A DNA stretch of 64,000 nt from Alphaproteobacteria bacterium MarineAlpha5_Bin9. GTDB lineage: Bacteria > Pseudomonadota > Alphaproteobacteria > HIMB59 > GCA-002718135. The notes beneath the pieces are model-generated. The model worked only from the letters and a program-made list of their open reading frames with translations, did not search any database and was not told the DNA's origin. Both the position numbers and the translations under genes were made by a program. This document shows, in pieces, positions 31,647-42,297 of this stretch. Each line of letters starts with the position of its first letter. The stretch's first letter is position 1. Location of the stretch: positions 833 to 64,832 of the forward strand of contig PTKV01000010.1 in NCBI GenBank assembly GCA_002937895.1, read 5' to 3'.

Positions 31647-34600
31647 ATGAATATTATTGATCACGCTTTATCTCGATCTAGGGTTGTTATTGGTATACTA
31701 GTTTTTATTTTTATTGCTGGTACAGCTTCTTATATAACTATTCCTAAAGAAGCCACCCCTGACGTTAATATTCCTTTTATTTATGTTTCTTTATCACAAA
31801 AAGGTATTTCCCCTGATGACTCAGAAAGGCTCCTAGTCAAACCTATAGAGGACGAAGTCAAAACTGTAGAAGGTTTAAAAGAACTAAGATCCACATCTTA
31901 CAATGGAGGTGGAAACATTATTCTAGAATTTAATCCAGGTTTTAATGCTGATAAAGCTATGGATGATATAAGGGAAAAAGTGGACAGAGCTAAAGGAGAC
32001 CTCCCTTCTGAGGCTGATGAACCAACAGTTAATGAAGTTAATATTAGTGCCTTTCCAATACTCTTGATTACTTTAAGTGGAGATCTCCCTGATAGAACTC
32101 TTCAGGATCATGCTGAAATAGTAAAAGATGAAATTGAAACTATTCCTAGTGTATTAGAAGCTAAAATAGGCGGAAAAAGAGAAGAACAAGTTGATGTTAT
32201 AATAGATGTAAGATCTCTTGAAGGATATAATATAAATTTAGAAGAATTAATCAGTATAGTAAATCAAAATAATATGATGGTTTCTGCTGGTGGACAGGAT
32301 ACTGGTGATGGAAGCTTTTCAATTAGTGTCCCAGGTTTATATGAAGATATAAATGATGTTCTTGATACTCCTATAAAAAGTTTTGGTGACTCTGTTATAA
32401 CTTTTAGAGACATTTCAACTGTAAAAAGAACTTTTGAAGATAGAAATTCTTTTGCTAGGGTTAATGGTAAAAATTCAGTTACAATTGAAGTCTCAAAAAG
32501 AGTTGGCGAAAATATTATTGAAACTTCTGATATGGTTAAAAAGGTTGTAAATAATACAAGTATTAATTTCCCTCAAAATTTAAATATAACATTTAGTCAA
32601 GACCAATCTAAAAATATTAAAACTATGCTCAACAGTTTACAAAATAATGTAATTGCTGCAATTATTTTAGTTTTAATTATTATTTTAGGTATATTAGGAA
32701 TTCGATCAGGTTTTTTAGTAGGTGTATCTATTCCAGGAGCTTTTTTATCAGGAGTTTTGGCTTTATCTATAATGGGTTTTACAGTCAATATTGTTGTATT
32801 ATTTGCTTTAATTTTATCAGTTGGACTTCTGGTTGATGGGGCCATCGTAGTTGTTGAATATGCGGATAGAAAAATAAATGAAGGAAATTCTATAAGAGAC
32901 TCTTATGCAGCTGCATCAAAAAAAATGGCTCTGCCTATAATTGCATCAACTGCAACCACTTTAGCCGCTTTTCTGCCATTAATCTTTTGGCCAGGACTAG
33001 CAGGGGAATTTATGAAATATCTTCCAATAACCTTAATATGTGTTTTATCTTCATCTCTATTTATGGCTTTGCTATTTGTGCCTGTGGTAGGTAGTTCAAG
33101 TGCTACAATAATTAGGGTTCTACTTCAAATAATCGCCCCTTTAATAGTAGCATTTATTGCTTTTAATATATTTCAAATAATTAGTTCTTATCAAAATATT
33201 CAATTTTTAAAATTACCAATAAACATTTTAAAATATTTAGTTCCACTAGGTGCTTTTATTTTTACATCAATAAAAATCATTCCATATATTTCTAAATTAA
33301 GTAAAAAAATGAATGCACCTGTAAAAAATATTTCAAAAGTTGCACTAGCTTTATCTTCTGAAAGTAAAAGTTCTCCTATGGAATTACCTGGTTTAACAGG
33401 CATTTATTCTAAAATTATCGATAAATTACTAAATCATCCATTTAAAGTAGTTTTAACTTCTATTTTTATTTTGATTTCTGTTCAATTTATGTATGCTAGA
33501 TTTGGAACTGGAGTTGAATTTTTTCCCAATGTAGAGCCAGATCTCTCAAAAATTGTTGTATATGCTAGAGGAAATTTATCAGTAGAGGAAAAGAATAATT
33601 ATGTTTCAAGAGTAGAAAATATTATTTTAGATATCCAAAATGAGAGAAATGAATTTCAAAATATTTACTCAATTAGTGGAAATGTATCTGACCAATCTGA
33701 AGACTCTGAAGACTTCATTGGATCGATTTCTTTGGAATATAAAGATTTAGAATATAGAAGACCATCAACAGAAATTTTAAAAGATATAATGGTCAAAACT
33801 AAAAAAATAAATGGAATAAAAGTTGAGACAAGAGAACAAGAAGCTGGACCTCCTACTGGTAAGCCAATAAATATTAAATTAACCTCACCTAATAAAGTTT
33901 TATTAACTTCTGAGGCAACTAGATTAATGTCATTTATTGAACAGTATCCTGGATTAGTAAATGTTCAAGCAAACTTACCAGCTCCTGGGATAGAGTGGGA
34001 AATTAAAGTAAACAGGAAACAAGCTTCAAAATTTGGAGCAAATATATCAAGTATCGGAAATGCAATTAAATTATCTACAAATGGAATAAGATTAGGAGAG
34101 TATAGACCTGATGACTCGTCAAACAGCATTCCCATTTATTTAAGATATCCTCAAGAAGGTAGAACTCTTGATGTATTTCAAAATTTAAGAATAAACACAG
34201 GAAATGGATTGGTTCCCATTTCAAATTTTGTTGAAGTTGTTCCAAAAAGTAAAGCTGGAAATATCGTAAGAATTAATTCTAAAAATGCCATTAATATTCA
34301 ATCTGATGTGGAGACAGGAATATTTGCTGATAGTAAAATGAAAGAGCTAGAATATGTTTTAGGAATTTCAAAAAATATACCAACTTTCAGAGGTCAACCT
34401 TTAGATAATCTAACTAAATTTAATCTAAATCCTAATATAAGAGCGCAGCTTACAGGAGAAAGTGAAGATCAAAAGGAAGCTCAAGAATTTTTATCAAGAG
34501 CCTTTATGGTAGCATTATTCTTAATGCTAATGATTCTTTTATTACAATTCAATAGTTTTTATAGTAGTTTTTTAATTTTATTTGCTGTTATAATGTCTAC

Positions 34601-35039
34601 AGCTGGAGTTTTAATTGGATTAATGATAACTGGACAAGCTTTTGGTATAGTCATGACAGGCGTGGGGGTTATTGCTTTGGCAGGAATTGTTGTAAATAAC
34701 AATATAATTTTAATAGATACTTTTGATTATTTAAAAAATGAAACTTCAAGTATTAAGGATGCAATAGTGAAAACAGGAGCTCAAAGATTAAGACCTGTAT
34801 TATTAACCACTTTTACCACTGTTTTAGGTCTATTACCGATGGTAACAATGACTAATGTAGATTTTATTACAAGAGAAATTAAAGTTGGAACTCAAGATAC
34901 TCAATGGTGGGTTCAATTATCAACAGCTATTGTTTTTGGATTAATTTTTGCAACTTTACTAACTTTAATTGTCACTCCTTCACTTTTAATGTTGAGAGAA
35001 AATTTTAAAAAGTGGTACCAAAATAAGGCTAATTCCTAA
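31647..35039 (+). CDS. RND efflux permease (AcrB/AcrD/AcrF superfamily), 1130 aa
   Basis: Aligns readily by eye to AcrB: TM4 GLLVDGAIVVVEY, TM10 GIVVNNNIILID, QRLRPVLLTT, and two large periplasmic loops. It is longer than typical because of an insertion after TM6. Confidence 0.9.
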   Translation: MNIIDHALSRSRVVIGILVFIFIAGTASYITIPKEATPDVNIPFIYVSLSQKGISPDDSERLLVKPIEDEVKTVEGLKELRSTSYNGGGNIILEFNPGFNADKAMDDIREKVDRAKGDLPSEADEPTVNEVNISAFPILLITLSGDLPDRTLQDHAEIVKDEIETIPSVLEAKIGGKREEQVDVIIDVRSLEGYNINLEELISIVNQNNMMVSAGGQDTGDGSFSISVPGLYEDINDVLDTPIKSFGDSVITFRDISTVKRTFEDRNSFARVNGKNSVTIEVSKRVGENIIETSDMVKKVVNNTSINFPQNLNITFSQDQSKNIKTMLNSLQNNVIAAIILVLIIILGILGIRSGFLVGVSIPGAFLSGVLALSIMGFTVNIVVLFALILSVGLLVDGAIVVVEYADRKINEGNSIRDSYAAASKKMALPIIASTATTLAAFLPLIFWPGLAGEFMKYLPITLICVLSSSLFMALLFVPVVGSSSATIIRVLLQIIAPLIVAFIAFNIFQIISSYQNIQFLKLPINILKYLVPLGAFIFTSIKIIPYISKLSKKMNAPVKNISKVALALSSESKSSPMELPGLTGIYSKIIDKLLNHPFKVVLTSIFILISVQFMYARFGTGVEFFPNVEPDLSKIVVYARGNLSVEEKNNYVSRVENIILDIQNERNEFQNIYSISGNVSDQSEDSEDFIGSISLEYKDLEYRRPSTEILKDIMVKTKKINGIKVETREQEAGPPTGKPINIKLTSPNKVLLTSEATRLMSFIEQYPGLVNVQANLPAPGIEWEIKVNRKQASKFGANISSIGNAIKLSTNGIRLGEYRPDDSSNSIPIYLRYPQEGRTLDVFQNLRINTGNGLVPISNFVEVVPKSKAGNIVRINSKNAINIQSDVETGIFADSKMKELEYVLGISKNIPTFRGQPLDNLTKFNLNPNIRAQLTGESEDQKEAQEFLSRAFMVALFLMLMILLLQFNSFYSSFLILFAVIMSTAGVLIGLMITGQAFGIVMTGVGVIALAGIVVNNNIILIDTFDYLKNETSSIKDAIVKTGAQRLRPVLLTTFTTVLGLLPMVTMTNVDFITREIKVGTQDTQWWVQLSTAIVFGLIFATLLTLIVTPSLLMLRENFKKWYQNKANS

Positions 35040-35769
35040 TTTTATCAGAATAAGTTACAGTATATACTATTGATAGAACATAAGATACGCCTAATATTAT
35101 TAATGTTTTCCAAACATTAGAAAATAAACTTATACAAATTATTGCTATTAATAAAATAATCCATTTTGAATATTTTTTTTTAAAGTTAAAACTTTTAATA
35201 GACAATGTAGGTATTTTACTAATCATTAATAATGAGACTAATAATAAATTAATTATGTTAAGATAAGGATTTTGAAAAAAATCAATTTCCATATCAATAT
35301 ATATATAAAAAGGTAATAAACTTAAATAGGCAGCTGCTGGAGATGGAATGCCAATAAAATATTTATTAGAATCAATATCCTTTGTAGATAAATATATATC
35401 AGCTGTAAATCTTGCTAAACGTAATGCTGAACAAATTACAAAAAAAAGAGTAATGCTCCAACCAAAAGAGCCTAAATAATTAGTACTCCAAAAATATATG
35501 AATATGCTTGGTGCTACTCCAAAAGATATAACATCACTGAGAGAATCAAGTTCAGCTCCAAAAAAACTACCTTCACCTCGTAATTTTTTAGCAAACCACC
35601 CATCAAAAAAATCAAATATTGATGCTAAAATAATTAAAAAAATTGCAATTTTCCATTCATTATTTATTGAATATCTAATTGATGTTAACCCGCAGCATAA
35701 TGAAAATAATGTAATAGTATTTGGAAGATATTTAGATAGCAAATTTTCATTCATACTTAGTTTTTTCAT
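35029..35769 (-). CDS. pssA: CDP-diacylglycerol--serine O-phosphatidyltransferase
   Basis: CDP-alcohol phosphatidyltransferase motif DFFDGWFAKKLRGEGSFFGAELDSLSD. Polytopic, and directly downstream of psd. Confidence 0.85.
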   Translation of the reverse strand: MKKLSMNENLLSKYLPNTITLFSLCCGLTSIRYSINNEWKIAIFLIILASIFDFFDGWFAKKLRGEGSFFGAELDSLSDVISFGVAPSIFIYFWSTNYLGSFGWSITLFFVICSALRLARFTADIYLSTKDIDSNKYFIGIPSPAAAYLSLLPFYIYIDMEIDFFQNPYLNIINLLLVSLLMISKIPTLSIKSFNFKKKYSKWIILLIAIICISLFSNVWKTLIILGVSYVLSIVYTVTYSDKIRN

Positions 35770-36443
35770 ATTAAAATACTATTTTCTATTTTTTTTATCA
35801 TTCTAGGATTTGAAATTATTGTTTCTCCTCCCAATACAGTTTGGCCTATAGAAACTAGGGGAGAATAATGAAGTGGAAGATATAAATCCACTCTGCTACC
35901 AAATTGAATAATACCAAATTTATTACCTTTTTTAACATTTTGCTCTTCTGTTAAATCACAAATTATCCTTCTTGCAATTAAACCCGCTATTTGTGTGACA
36001 ATAATTTTTTCTGATTTATTATTTTCAATTAAAATTATATTTTTTTCATTATGTATACTTGCTTTATCCAAAGAAGCATTAAAAAATTTTCCTGGAATAT
36101 AAATAACTTTTGAAATTTTACCATCAACTGGCAATCTATTTACATGAACATTAAAAACATTTAAGAAAATACTAATTTTTAAGAATTCATCATCTAATTT
36201 TAATTCTTTAGGAGCTTTTGTTTTACCAATATATGTAATTAAACCATCAGCTGGAGAAATTACAAAATCCTCTTTAGGTATTACTCGAACTGGATCTCTA
36301 AAGAAAACTATTGTAAAAATAGTAATAATTAAGAAAAAAACACTAATTAATGTAAAAAAAGGGTAAAATAATATTGATAATATTCCAAAAAAAATTAAAT
36401 ATACCCAGCCAGCTTTGTGAATCTTAAAATTTATTTTGTTCAT
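35766..36443 (-). CDS. psd: Phosphatidylserine decarboxylase proenzyme (short alphaproteobacterial type)
   Basis: 225 aa with N-terminal TMs and a self-cleavage-site region FGSRVDLYLP. ATGA-type overlap with pssA. Confidence 0.85.
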   Translation of the reverse strand: MNKINFKIHKAGWVYLIFFGILSILFYPFFTLISVFFLIITIFTIVFFRDPVRVIPKEDFVISPADGLITYIGKTKAPKELKLDDEFLKISIFLNVFNVHVNRLPVDGKISKVIYIPGKFFNASLDKASIHNEKNIILIENNKSEKIIVTQIAGLIARRIICDLTEEQNVKKGNKFGIIQFGSRVDLYLPLHYSPLVSIGQTVLGGETIISNPRMIKKIENSILI

Positions 36444-36475
36444 AAAAATTAATTTAATTAGACTGATATAGAATT

Positions 36476-37015
36476 ATGAAAATAAAATCTTTAACTATTT
36501 ATTGCTCAAGCTCAAATTTTTTAAATAAAAAATACTATGATATATCTAAGAAAATTGGGGCATTTTTAGGAGAAAAAAATATTAAAATTATATATGGTGG
36601 AGGTAAAGCCGGGATTATGGGATGTATTTCAAAATCAGCATATAAAAATGGCTCTAAAGTAATTGGTATAATTCCTAAATTTTTAGAAAAAAAAGAAAAT
36701 ATTAACTACAATATTACCAAAACCATTATTGTTAATGAGATGTCAAGAAGAAAAAAATTATTGTTTGAAAAGAGCGACTCAATATTAATTTTACCAGGAG
36801 GATCTGGAACAATAGAAGAAGCTACAGAAATTATCTCTTGGAAATTTTTAGGAATTCATAACAAACCTATTATAATATTTAATTACCTTAACTACTGGAA
36901 AGAGTTAATAAATTTATATAAAAAATCAAAAAATCATAATTTTGGAAATAAAAATTTACAATCAATTTGTATAATTGTAAATAATTTTAAAGAATTTAAA
37001 GAAATATTTAAATGA
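36476..37015 (+). CDS. LOG-family nucleotide phosphoribohydrolase (TIGR00730-type)
   Basis: 179 aa with the GGGKAGIMG and PGGSGTIEE motifs diagnostic of the LOG family. Confidence 0.8.
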   Translation: MKIKSLTIYCSSSNFLNKKYYDISKKIGAFLGEKNIKIIYGGGKAGIMGCISKSAYKNGSKVIGIIPKFLEKKENINYNITKTIIVNEMSRRKKLLFEKSDSILILPGGSGTIEEATEIISWKFLGIHNKPIIIFNYLNYWKELINLYKKSKNHNFGNKNLQSICIIVNNFKEFKEIFK

Positions 37016-38226
37016 AGAAAATTTTAGTAAAAAATCCAATAGTTGAATTAGATGGTGATGAAATGACAAGGATATTATGGTCATTTATAAAAGATAAACT
37101 TATACTGCCATATTTAAACATTGAAATTAAATATTTTGATTTAGGTATTAAAAATAGAGATGCTACCAATGATGAAATAACAATAAAAGCTGCAGAAGCT
37201 ATTAAAAAATACAGAATTGGAATCAAATGTGCAACTATTACTCCAGATGAGGAAAGAGTTGAGGAGTTTCAATTAAAAAAAATGTGGCGATCTCCAAATG
37301 GAACTATAAGAAACATCTTAGGAGGAACTATATTTAGACAACCTATTATTTGTAATAATGTACCAAGAATTGTAAAAAATTGGAACAAACCTATAATAGT
37401 AGCTAGACATGCTTTTGGTGATCAATATAAAGCAACAGATACAATAATACCAAGTAAAGGAAAACTAAAATTAGTCTTTGATGCTGAAAATAATATTGAC
37501 TCATTTTCAAAAAATGTTTTTAATTTTGATTCAAAAGGTATAGCTTTATCTATGTATAATATTGATGAATCAATTATTGATTTTGCTAGAGCTTGTTTTA
37601 ATTATGGATTAAATTCAAATTGTTCAGTTTTTTTATCTACTAAAAATACTATTTTAAAAATTTATGATGGACGATTTAAAGATTTATTTGAACAAATATA
37701 TAAGTCAGAATTTAAAGAAAAATTTAATAATAAAAATATCATTTATGAACACCGATTAATAGACGATATGGTTGCTTCTTCTATGAAATGGGAAGGAGGA
37801 TTTCTTTGGGCTTGTAAGAATTATGATGGAGATGTACAGTCAGATTCAGTAGCGCAAGGATTTGGCTCTTTAGGACTTATGACAAGTATGTTAATGACTC
37901 CAGACGGTAAAATAGTTGAATCTGAAGCGGCTCATGGGACAGTAACTAGACACTATAGAAATTATCAAAAAGGTAAAGAAACTTCAACTAATCCGATTGC
38001 ATCAATTTTCGCTTGGACTAGAGGTTTAAAATTTAGAGGAATATTTGATGATAATAATGATTTAATAAATTTCTCTAAAAAATTAGAAGAAACGTGTGTT
38101 GAAACAGTTGAGTCTGGCAAAATGACAAAAGATTTGGCTTTATTAATCAATAAAAATCAAAAATGGTTAAATACAAAAGACTTTCTTAATGCTTTAAAAA
38201 ATAAACTTGAAGAGAAACTATTATAA
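37012..38226 (+). CDS. icd: NADP-dependent isocitrate dehydrogenase (404-aa, eukaryote-like subfamily II)
   Basis: N-terminus [16 protein letters not shown], plus RHAFGDQY and TVTRHYR, as in the IDH1/2-like dimeric enzymes common in alphaproteobacteria. Confidence 0.93.
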   Translation: MKKILVKNPIVELDGDEMTRILWSFIKDKLILPYLNIEIKYFDLGIKNRDATNDEITIKAAEAIKKYRIGIKCATITPDEERVEEFQLKKMWRSPNGTIRNILGGTIFRQPIICNNVPRIVKNWNKPIIVARHAFGDQYKATDTIIPSKGKLKLVFDAENNIDSFSKNVFNFDSKGIALSMYNIDESIIDFARACFNYGLNSNCSVFLSTKNTILKIYDGRFKDLFEQIYKSEFKEKFNNKNIIYEHRLIDDMVASSMKWEGGFLWACKNYDGDVQSDSVAQGFGSLGLMTSMLMTPDGKIVESEAAHGTVTRHYRNYQKGKETSTNPIASIFAWTRGLKFRGIFDDNNDLINFSKKLEETCVETVESGKMTKDLALLINKNQKWLNTKDFLNALKNKLEEKLL

Positions 38227-40893
38227 AGTATAGATTTTATCTTTTAATTTACTGATTGCATCATTAATTTTAAAAAAATTTTTTCCGCCAGCCTGGGCTA
38301 AATCTTTTCTTCCTCCGCCTCCCTTACCTTCTAAAATAACAGAAATATCTTTAATCATTAAGGATGAGTCAAATTTATTATTTAAATCTATAGTAGAACC
38401 TAAAACAATAGATATTTTAGAATCATTTTTTGAAATTATACAGGCAATGCATTTATTTGGATATTTAGATTTTTGATCATCAATAAACTTTTTTAAAGAA
38501 TTAATAGGATAATTTTCAGCGATCAAATAAATAAAGGTGATATTATTTATTTTTTCAATAATAATTTTATCATTATTTTTATTTAAATTAATTTTTTGCT
38601 TTAATTTATCATAAATTTTTTTTAATTCTTTTAATTGTAAATTTGTATCAAGATCATGATCAATATTAATTTTAATTGTAGGATCAATTTTATTAATTTT
38701 TAATCTATAGTCATGAATATTTTTTAAATTACTTTTTTCAATTTCTTGATTTAATTTTTTAATATTTTTAATGTAATTATTTACATGTATATTTGTTACA
38801 GCTTCTATTCTTTTAACTCCAGATGCAATATTGGATTGATTAATGATTTTGAAATTTTTAATTTCACTTAATTTTTTTACATGAGTACCTCCACAAAGTT
38901 CTTTTGAAAAAAAGACATCTTCATTATTTTGAATCGTAATAACTCTAACTTCATCTTCATATTTTTCTCCAAATAAAGCTATAGCCCCGTCTTCTATAGC
39001 TTTCTTTTGATCCAGAATTTTAGTTTTAATTTCTAAGTCATCACTGATCTGTTGATTGACTAAATTTTCTATATTTTTAATGATATCTTCATTTATTGGA
39101 AGATTGTGATTAAAATCGAATCTTAATTTTTGATCATTTACTAGTGATCCTTTTTGAGAAACATGGTTACCTAAAATTTTTCTCAATGCAGAATGTAAAA
39201 GATGTGTTGACGAATGGTTATATTTTATAAATTCTCTTCTTTGTATATTTATTTTTGCCTCAACAGAATCTTCTAATTTACATTCACCTTTTAGAACTTT
39301 TCCATGATGTAAAAAATAGTTTGCAAATATCCTAGTTGTATTTTCAACTTTAAATTCAAAATTTTCATTAATTAGAACTCCTGTATCTCCAACTTGTCCA
39401 CCGCTTTCACTATAAAATGGAGTTTGATTTAAAAATATAATACCTTCATCATTAATTTTTAAATTTTTAACATTTTTTTGATTAAAAATAATTGCTTTGA
39501 TTTGACTTTGTGTAATATTTTTATCATATCCTAGAAATTCTGTTGGTTGAAGAGTTTCAGTAATATCATACCATATATTATGATATTCAATATTTCCTAT
39601 ACCTTTCCAACTTTTTCTAGCTCTACTTCTTTGTTCATTCATTTTAGAATTAAATGATTTCATATTTACCTTGATATTTTTGTCTTTTAAGTAATCTTCT
39701 ATTAAATCAATTGGAAATCCATATGTATCATATAATTTAAAAGCAACATCTCCATCTAGAGATTTTGAAGATTTATTAATTTCTTGTTCTAATAATTTAA
39801 TACCTTTTTCAACTGTTTCTTTAAATTTTGTTTCTTCATTAAAAAAAGTGTTATGAATTAATTCATTTGCTAAAATTAATTCAGGAAATGAATCTTTCAT
39901 GTTTTCAAGAAGAATAGGAAAAATTTTATGAAATACAGGTTCTTTATTTCCTAATGTATGAGCATGTCTCATTCCTCTTCTCATAATTCTTCTTAGAACA
40001 TAGCCTCTACCTTCATTAGAAGGCATTACTCCATCAGCTATTAAAAAAGAAGCTGATCTAAGATGATCAGCTATAACTCTGTGACTAGGACTAGATGACA
40101 AAGATTCATTATTAGATAATTCAACAGATTTTCGTATTAAAGATGAAAATAAATCAGTTGAATAATTATCATTAGATCCATTTAGTAATGCTGATATTCT
40201 TTCTAATCCCATTCCAGTATCAATTGATGGTTTGGGTAAATTTATTCTTTTATCAATATTAACCTGATCATATTGCATAAATACTAAATTCCATATTTCA
40301 ATATATCTATCACCATCTTCATTTTTAGATCCAGGTGGTCCGCCTATATATTTATCACCATGATCAAAAAATATTTCAGAGCATGGTCCACAAGGGCCAG
40401 TTTCACCCATTGACCAAAAATTATCAGAGGTGCTAATTTTAATTATTTGATTATCAGATAAACCTGATATTTTTTTCCATAATTTATATGCTTGCTCATC
40501 TTCATTAAATATAGTGACTAATAGTTTATTTTTATTTATATCAAATTCCTGGGTAATTAATTTCCATGCTAATTCTATTGCTAAATCTTTAAAATAATCT
40601 CCAAAAGAAAAATTACCTAACATTTCAAAAAAAGTATGGTGCCTAGTTGTGTAACCAACATTTTCTAAGTCATTATGTTTACCGCCTGCTCTAACACATT
40701 TTTGTGATGTAACAGCTCTTTTAAAATCTCTTTTTTCTTTACCTGTAAAAACATTTTTAAATTGTACCATTCCAGAATTTGCAAACATTAATGAGGGGTC
40801 ATTATGAGGAACTAAAGGTCCTGAATGTATAACTTCATGATTATTTTTTTTAAAATAATCAATAAATTTATTTCTAATTATTGTAGATTTCAT
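38221..40893 (-). CDS. alaS: Alanyl-tRNA synthetase
   Basis: 890 aa with [17 protein letters not shown], the editing-domain HSSTHLL, and a C-terminal DHHA1-like region with [15 protein letters not shown]. Confidence 0.97.
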   Translation of the reverse strand: MKSTIIRNKFIDYFKKNNHEVIHSGPLVPHNDPSLMFANSGMVQFKNVFTGKEKRDFKRAVTSQKCVRAGGKHNDLENVGYTTRHHTFFEMLGNFSFGDYFKDLAIELAWKLITQEFDINKNKLLVTIFNEDEQAYKLWKKISGLSDNQIIKISTSDNFWSMGETGPCGPCSEIFFDHGDKYIGGPPGSKNEDGDRYIEIWNLVFMQYDQVNIDKRINLPKPSIDTGMGLERISALLNGSNDNYSTDLFSSLIRKSVELSNNESLSSSPSHRVIADHLRSASFLIADGVMPSNEGRGYVLRRIMRRGMRHAHTLGNKEPVFHKIFPILLENMKDSFPELILANELIHNTFFNEETKFKETVEKGIKLLEQEINKSSKSLDGDVAFKLYDTYGFPIDLIEDYLKDKNIKVNMKSFNSKMNEQRSRARKSWKGIGNIEYHNIWYDITETLQPTEFLGYDKNITQSQIKAIIFNQKNVKNLKINDEGIIFLNQTPFYSESGGQVGDTGVLINENFEFKVENTTRIFANYFLHHGKVLKGECKLEDSVEAKINIQRREFIKYNHSSTHLLHSALRKILGNHVSQKGSLVNDQKLRFDFNHNLPINEDIIKNIENLVNQQISDDLEIKTKILDQKKAIEDGAIALFGEKYEDEVRVITIQNNEDVFFSKELCGGTHVKKLSEIKNFKIINQSNIASGVKRIEAVTNIHVNNYIKNIKKLNQEIEKSNLKNIHDYRLKINKIDPTIKINIDHDLDTNLQLKELKKIYDKLKQKINLNKNNDKIIIEKINNITFIYLIAENYPINSLKKFIDDQKSKYPNKCIACIISKNDSKISIVLGSTIDLNNKFDSSLMIKDISVILEGKGGGGRKDLAQAGGKNFFKINDAISKLKDKIYTL

Positions 40894-40935
40894 AAATAAT
40901 TATTATAATAGCATATTATATTATTTAATTTTAAT

Positions 40936-40962
40936 TAAAAAAGGCGTTGATTTACAACGCCT
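40936..40962 (-). terminator. Rho-independent terminator downstream of recA
   Basis: On the minus strand there is an 8-bp GC-rich stem AGGCGTTG / CAACGCCT (40962..40955 pairs with 40949..40942) with a 5-nt loop, followed by a run of T. It lies about 29 nt after the recA stop. The plus strand also reads stem + AATTTTT, so it may work in both directions. Confidence 0.8.
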
Positions 40963-40990
40963 AATTTTTGATATAAATAAGATATTTTAA

Positions 40991-42085
40991 TTATTTATTA
41001 TTTGATTCTTCCTTTTTTTTCACTTCAGTTTCGCCTTCCATCATAGCCTTTTCTACTATTCCTGCATTTTGAAGAACTTGTGATTGAATCTCATTAGCTA
41101 TTTTTGGATTATCTTTTAAGAAAACTTTTGAATTTTCTCTTCCTTGACCTATCTTTTCACCTTTATATGAAAACCAAGCACCAGATTTATCAATAATTCC
41201 TGCCTTAACCCCTAGATCAATTAATTCTCCATTTTTAGATATTCCTTCTCCATACATAATATCAAACTCTACAACTTTAAAAGGAGGTGCAAGCTTATTT
41301 TTAACTACTTTTACTCTTGTATGATTGCCAATTATTTCATCTTTTTCCTTTATGGCTCCAATTCTTCTAATATCTAATCTTACAGATGAATAAAATTTAA
41401 GTGCATTGCCTCCTGTTGTAGTTTCAGGACTCCCAAACATTACACCTATTTTAGATCTTAACTGATTAATAAAAATTACCAAAGTGTTAGATCTTGCTAT
41501 TGAGCTCGTTAATTTTCTTAATGCTTGAGACATTAATCTTGCTTGAAGACCTGGCAATGAATCCCCCATGTCTCCTTCTAACTCAGCTCTCGGCACCAAA
41601 GCTGCAACCGAATCTATGACTAAAACATCAATTCCTCCTGATTTTACTAGAGTATCAGCAATTTCTAATCCTTGCTCTCCGGTATCAGGTTGAGAAATTA
41701 ATAATTCTTCAATATCTACTCCTAATTTTTTAGCATATGCTGGGTCTAAAGCATGTTCAGCATCAATAAATACACAATTTCCACCTTTTTTTTGTGACTC
41801 TGCGACTATTTGTGTAGCTAATGTAGTTTTTCCAGAACTTTCAGGCCCATATATTTCGACTATTCTTCCCTTAGGAACACCTCCAATGCCTAAAGCTATA
41901 TCTAAACTAAGTGATCCAGTTGATATTGATTCTATATCTATTTTCGAATTAGAACCTAATTTCATAATTGAGCCTTTTCCGTAATTTTTTTCTATTAGGC
42001 CCACAGCACTATCTAAGGCTTTATTTCTATTTTCTTTTTCCATATTGTTTTTGTTTTCAATTACCTTAAATTTGGTTTGAGACAT
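40991..42085 (-). CDS. recA: Recombinase A
   Basis: Walker [10 protein letters not shown], plus the FIDAEHALD and VIDSVAAL motifs. AAGGAG Shine-Dalgarno 8 nt upstream. Confidence 0.98.
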   Translation of the reverse strand: MSQTKFKVIENKNNMEKENRNKALDSAVGLIEKNYGKGSIMKLGSNSKIDIESISTGSLSLDIALGIGGVPKGRIVEIYGPESSGKTTLATQIVAESQKKGGNCVFIDAEHALDPAYAKKLGVDIEELLISQPDTGEQGLEIADTLVKSGGIDVLVIDSVAALVPRAELEGDMGDSLPGLQARLMSQALRKLTSSIARSNTLVIFINQLRSKIGVMFGSPETTTGGNALKFYSSVRLDIRRIGAIKEKDEIIGNHTRVKVVKNKLAPPFKVVEFDIMYGEGISKNGELIDLGVKAGIIDKSGAWFSYKGEKIGQGRENSKVFLKDNPKIANEIQSQVLQNAGIVEKAMMEGETEVKKKEESNNK

Positions 42086-42155
42086 TGTATTTACTCCTTT
42101 TTTCCTATTTTTTTATAGTGATTCTTTCAAATGTTATTATTTCTGTACACGTTTT

Positions 42156-42185
42156 GTTCTTTTTTTTCTAGTTCTATTTTTGTTC
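42156..42185 (-). promoter_or_regulatory. Candidate alphaproteobacterial LexA (SOS) operator upstream of recA
   Basis: The plus strand reads GTTC(42156)-N11-GTTC(42171)-N7-GTTC(42182). The last pair matches the GTTC-N7-GTTC (GAAC-N7-GAAC) direct-repeat SOS box exactly and lies 86-100 nt upstream of the recA ATG. Confidence 0.55.
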
Positions 42186-42297
42186 TTTTTATAAATAATT
42201 GAAATATAATAATAATTTATTTTAACACATATAAAAAAAAAAATAAAATAGCTTGAAAATATGCAATAATTTTATTAATTCCTGCCCGATTCCAAAA

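Noticed and set aside
31647-35039. The RND permease region looks somewhat less AT-rich by eye than its surroundings, raising the possibility of horizontal acquisition.
   Set aside because: I cannot compute composition here. The bias is plausibly explained by the Gly/Ala/Val/Pro-rich amino-acid content of a conserved polytopic transporter. There are no flanking tRNA, integrase, repeats or disrupted synteny to support an island.
36476-38226. ATGA translational overlap of the LOG-family gene with isocitrate dehydrogenase, considered as a hint of a functional link.
   Set aside because: Four-nucleotide overlaps between unrelated neighbours are the rule throughout this window (for example dnaB/alr, der/bamB, cimA/trmJ-like, gltX/nadE). 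The overlap therefore carries little functional information.
42131-42202. A 23-codon ORF (MLLFLYTFCSFFSSSIFVLFINN) on the plus strand inside the recA-dksA spacer, covering the GTTC repeats.
   Set aside because: It is simply the translation of a T-rich promoter and operator region. It has no Shine-Dalgarno, and a promoter would have to sit inside recA. The GTTC-repeat operator interpretation explains the sequence better.
42233-42243. An A11 homopolymer tract in the recA-dksA spacer, considered as a possible slipped-strand phase-variation switch.
   Set aside because: It is intergenic, A/T runs of similar length are frequent across this AT-rich window (including inside genes), and its position relative to any promoter element is undefined.
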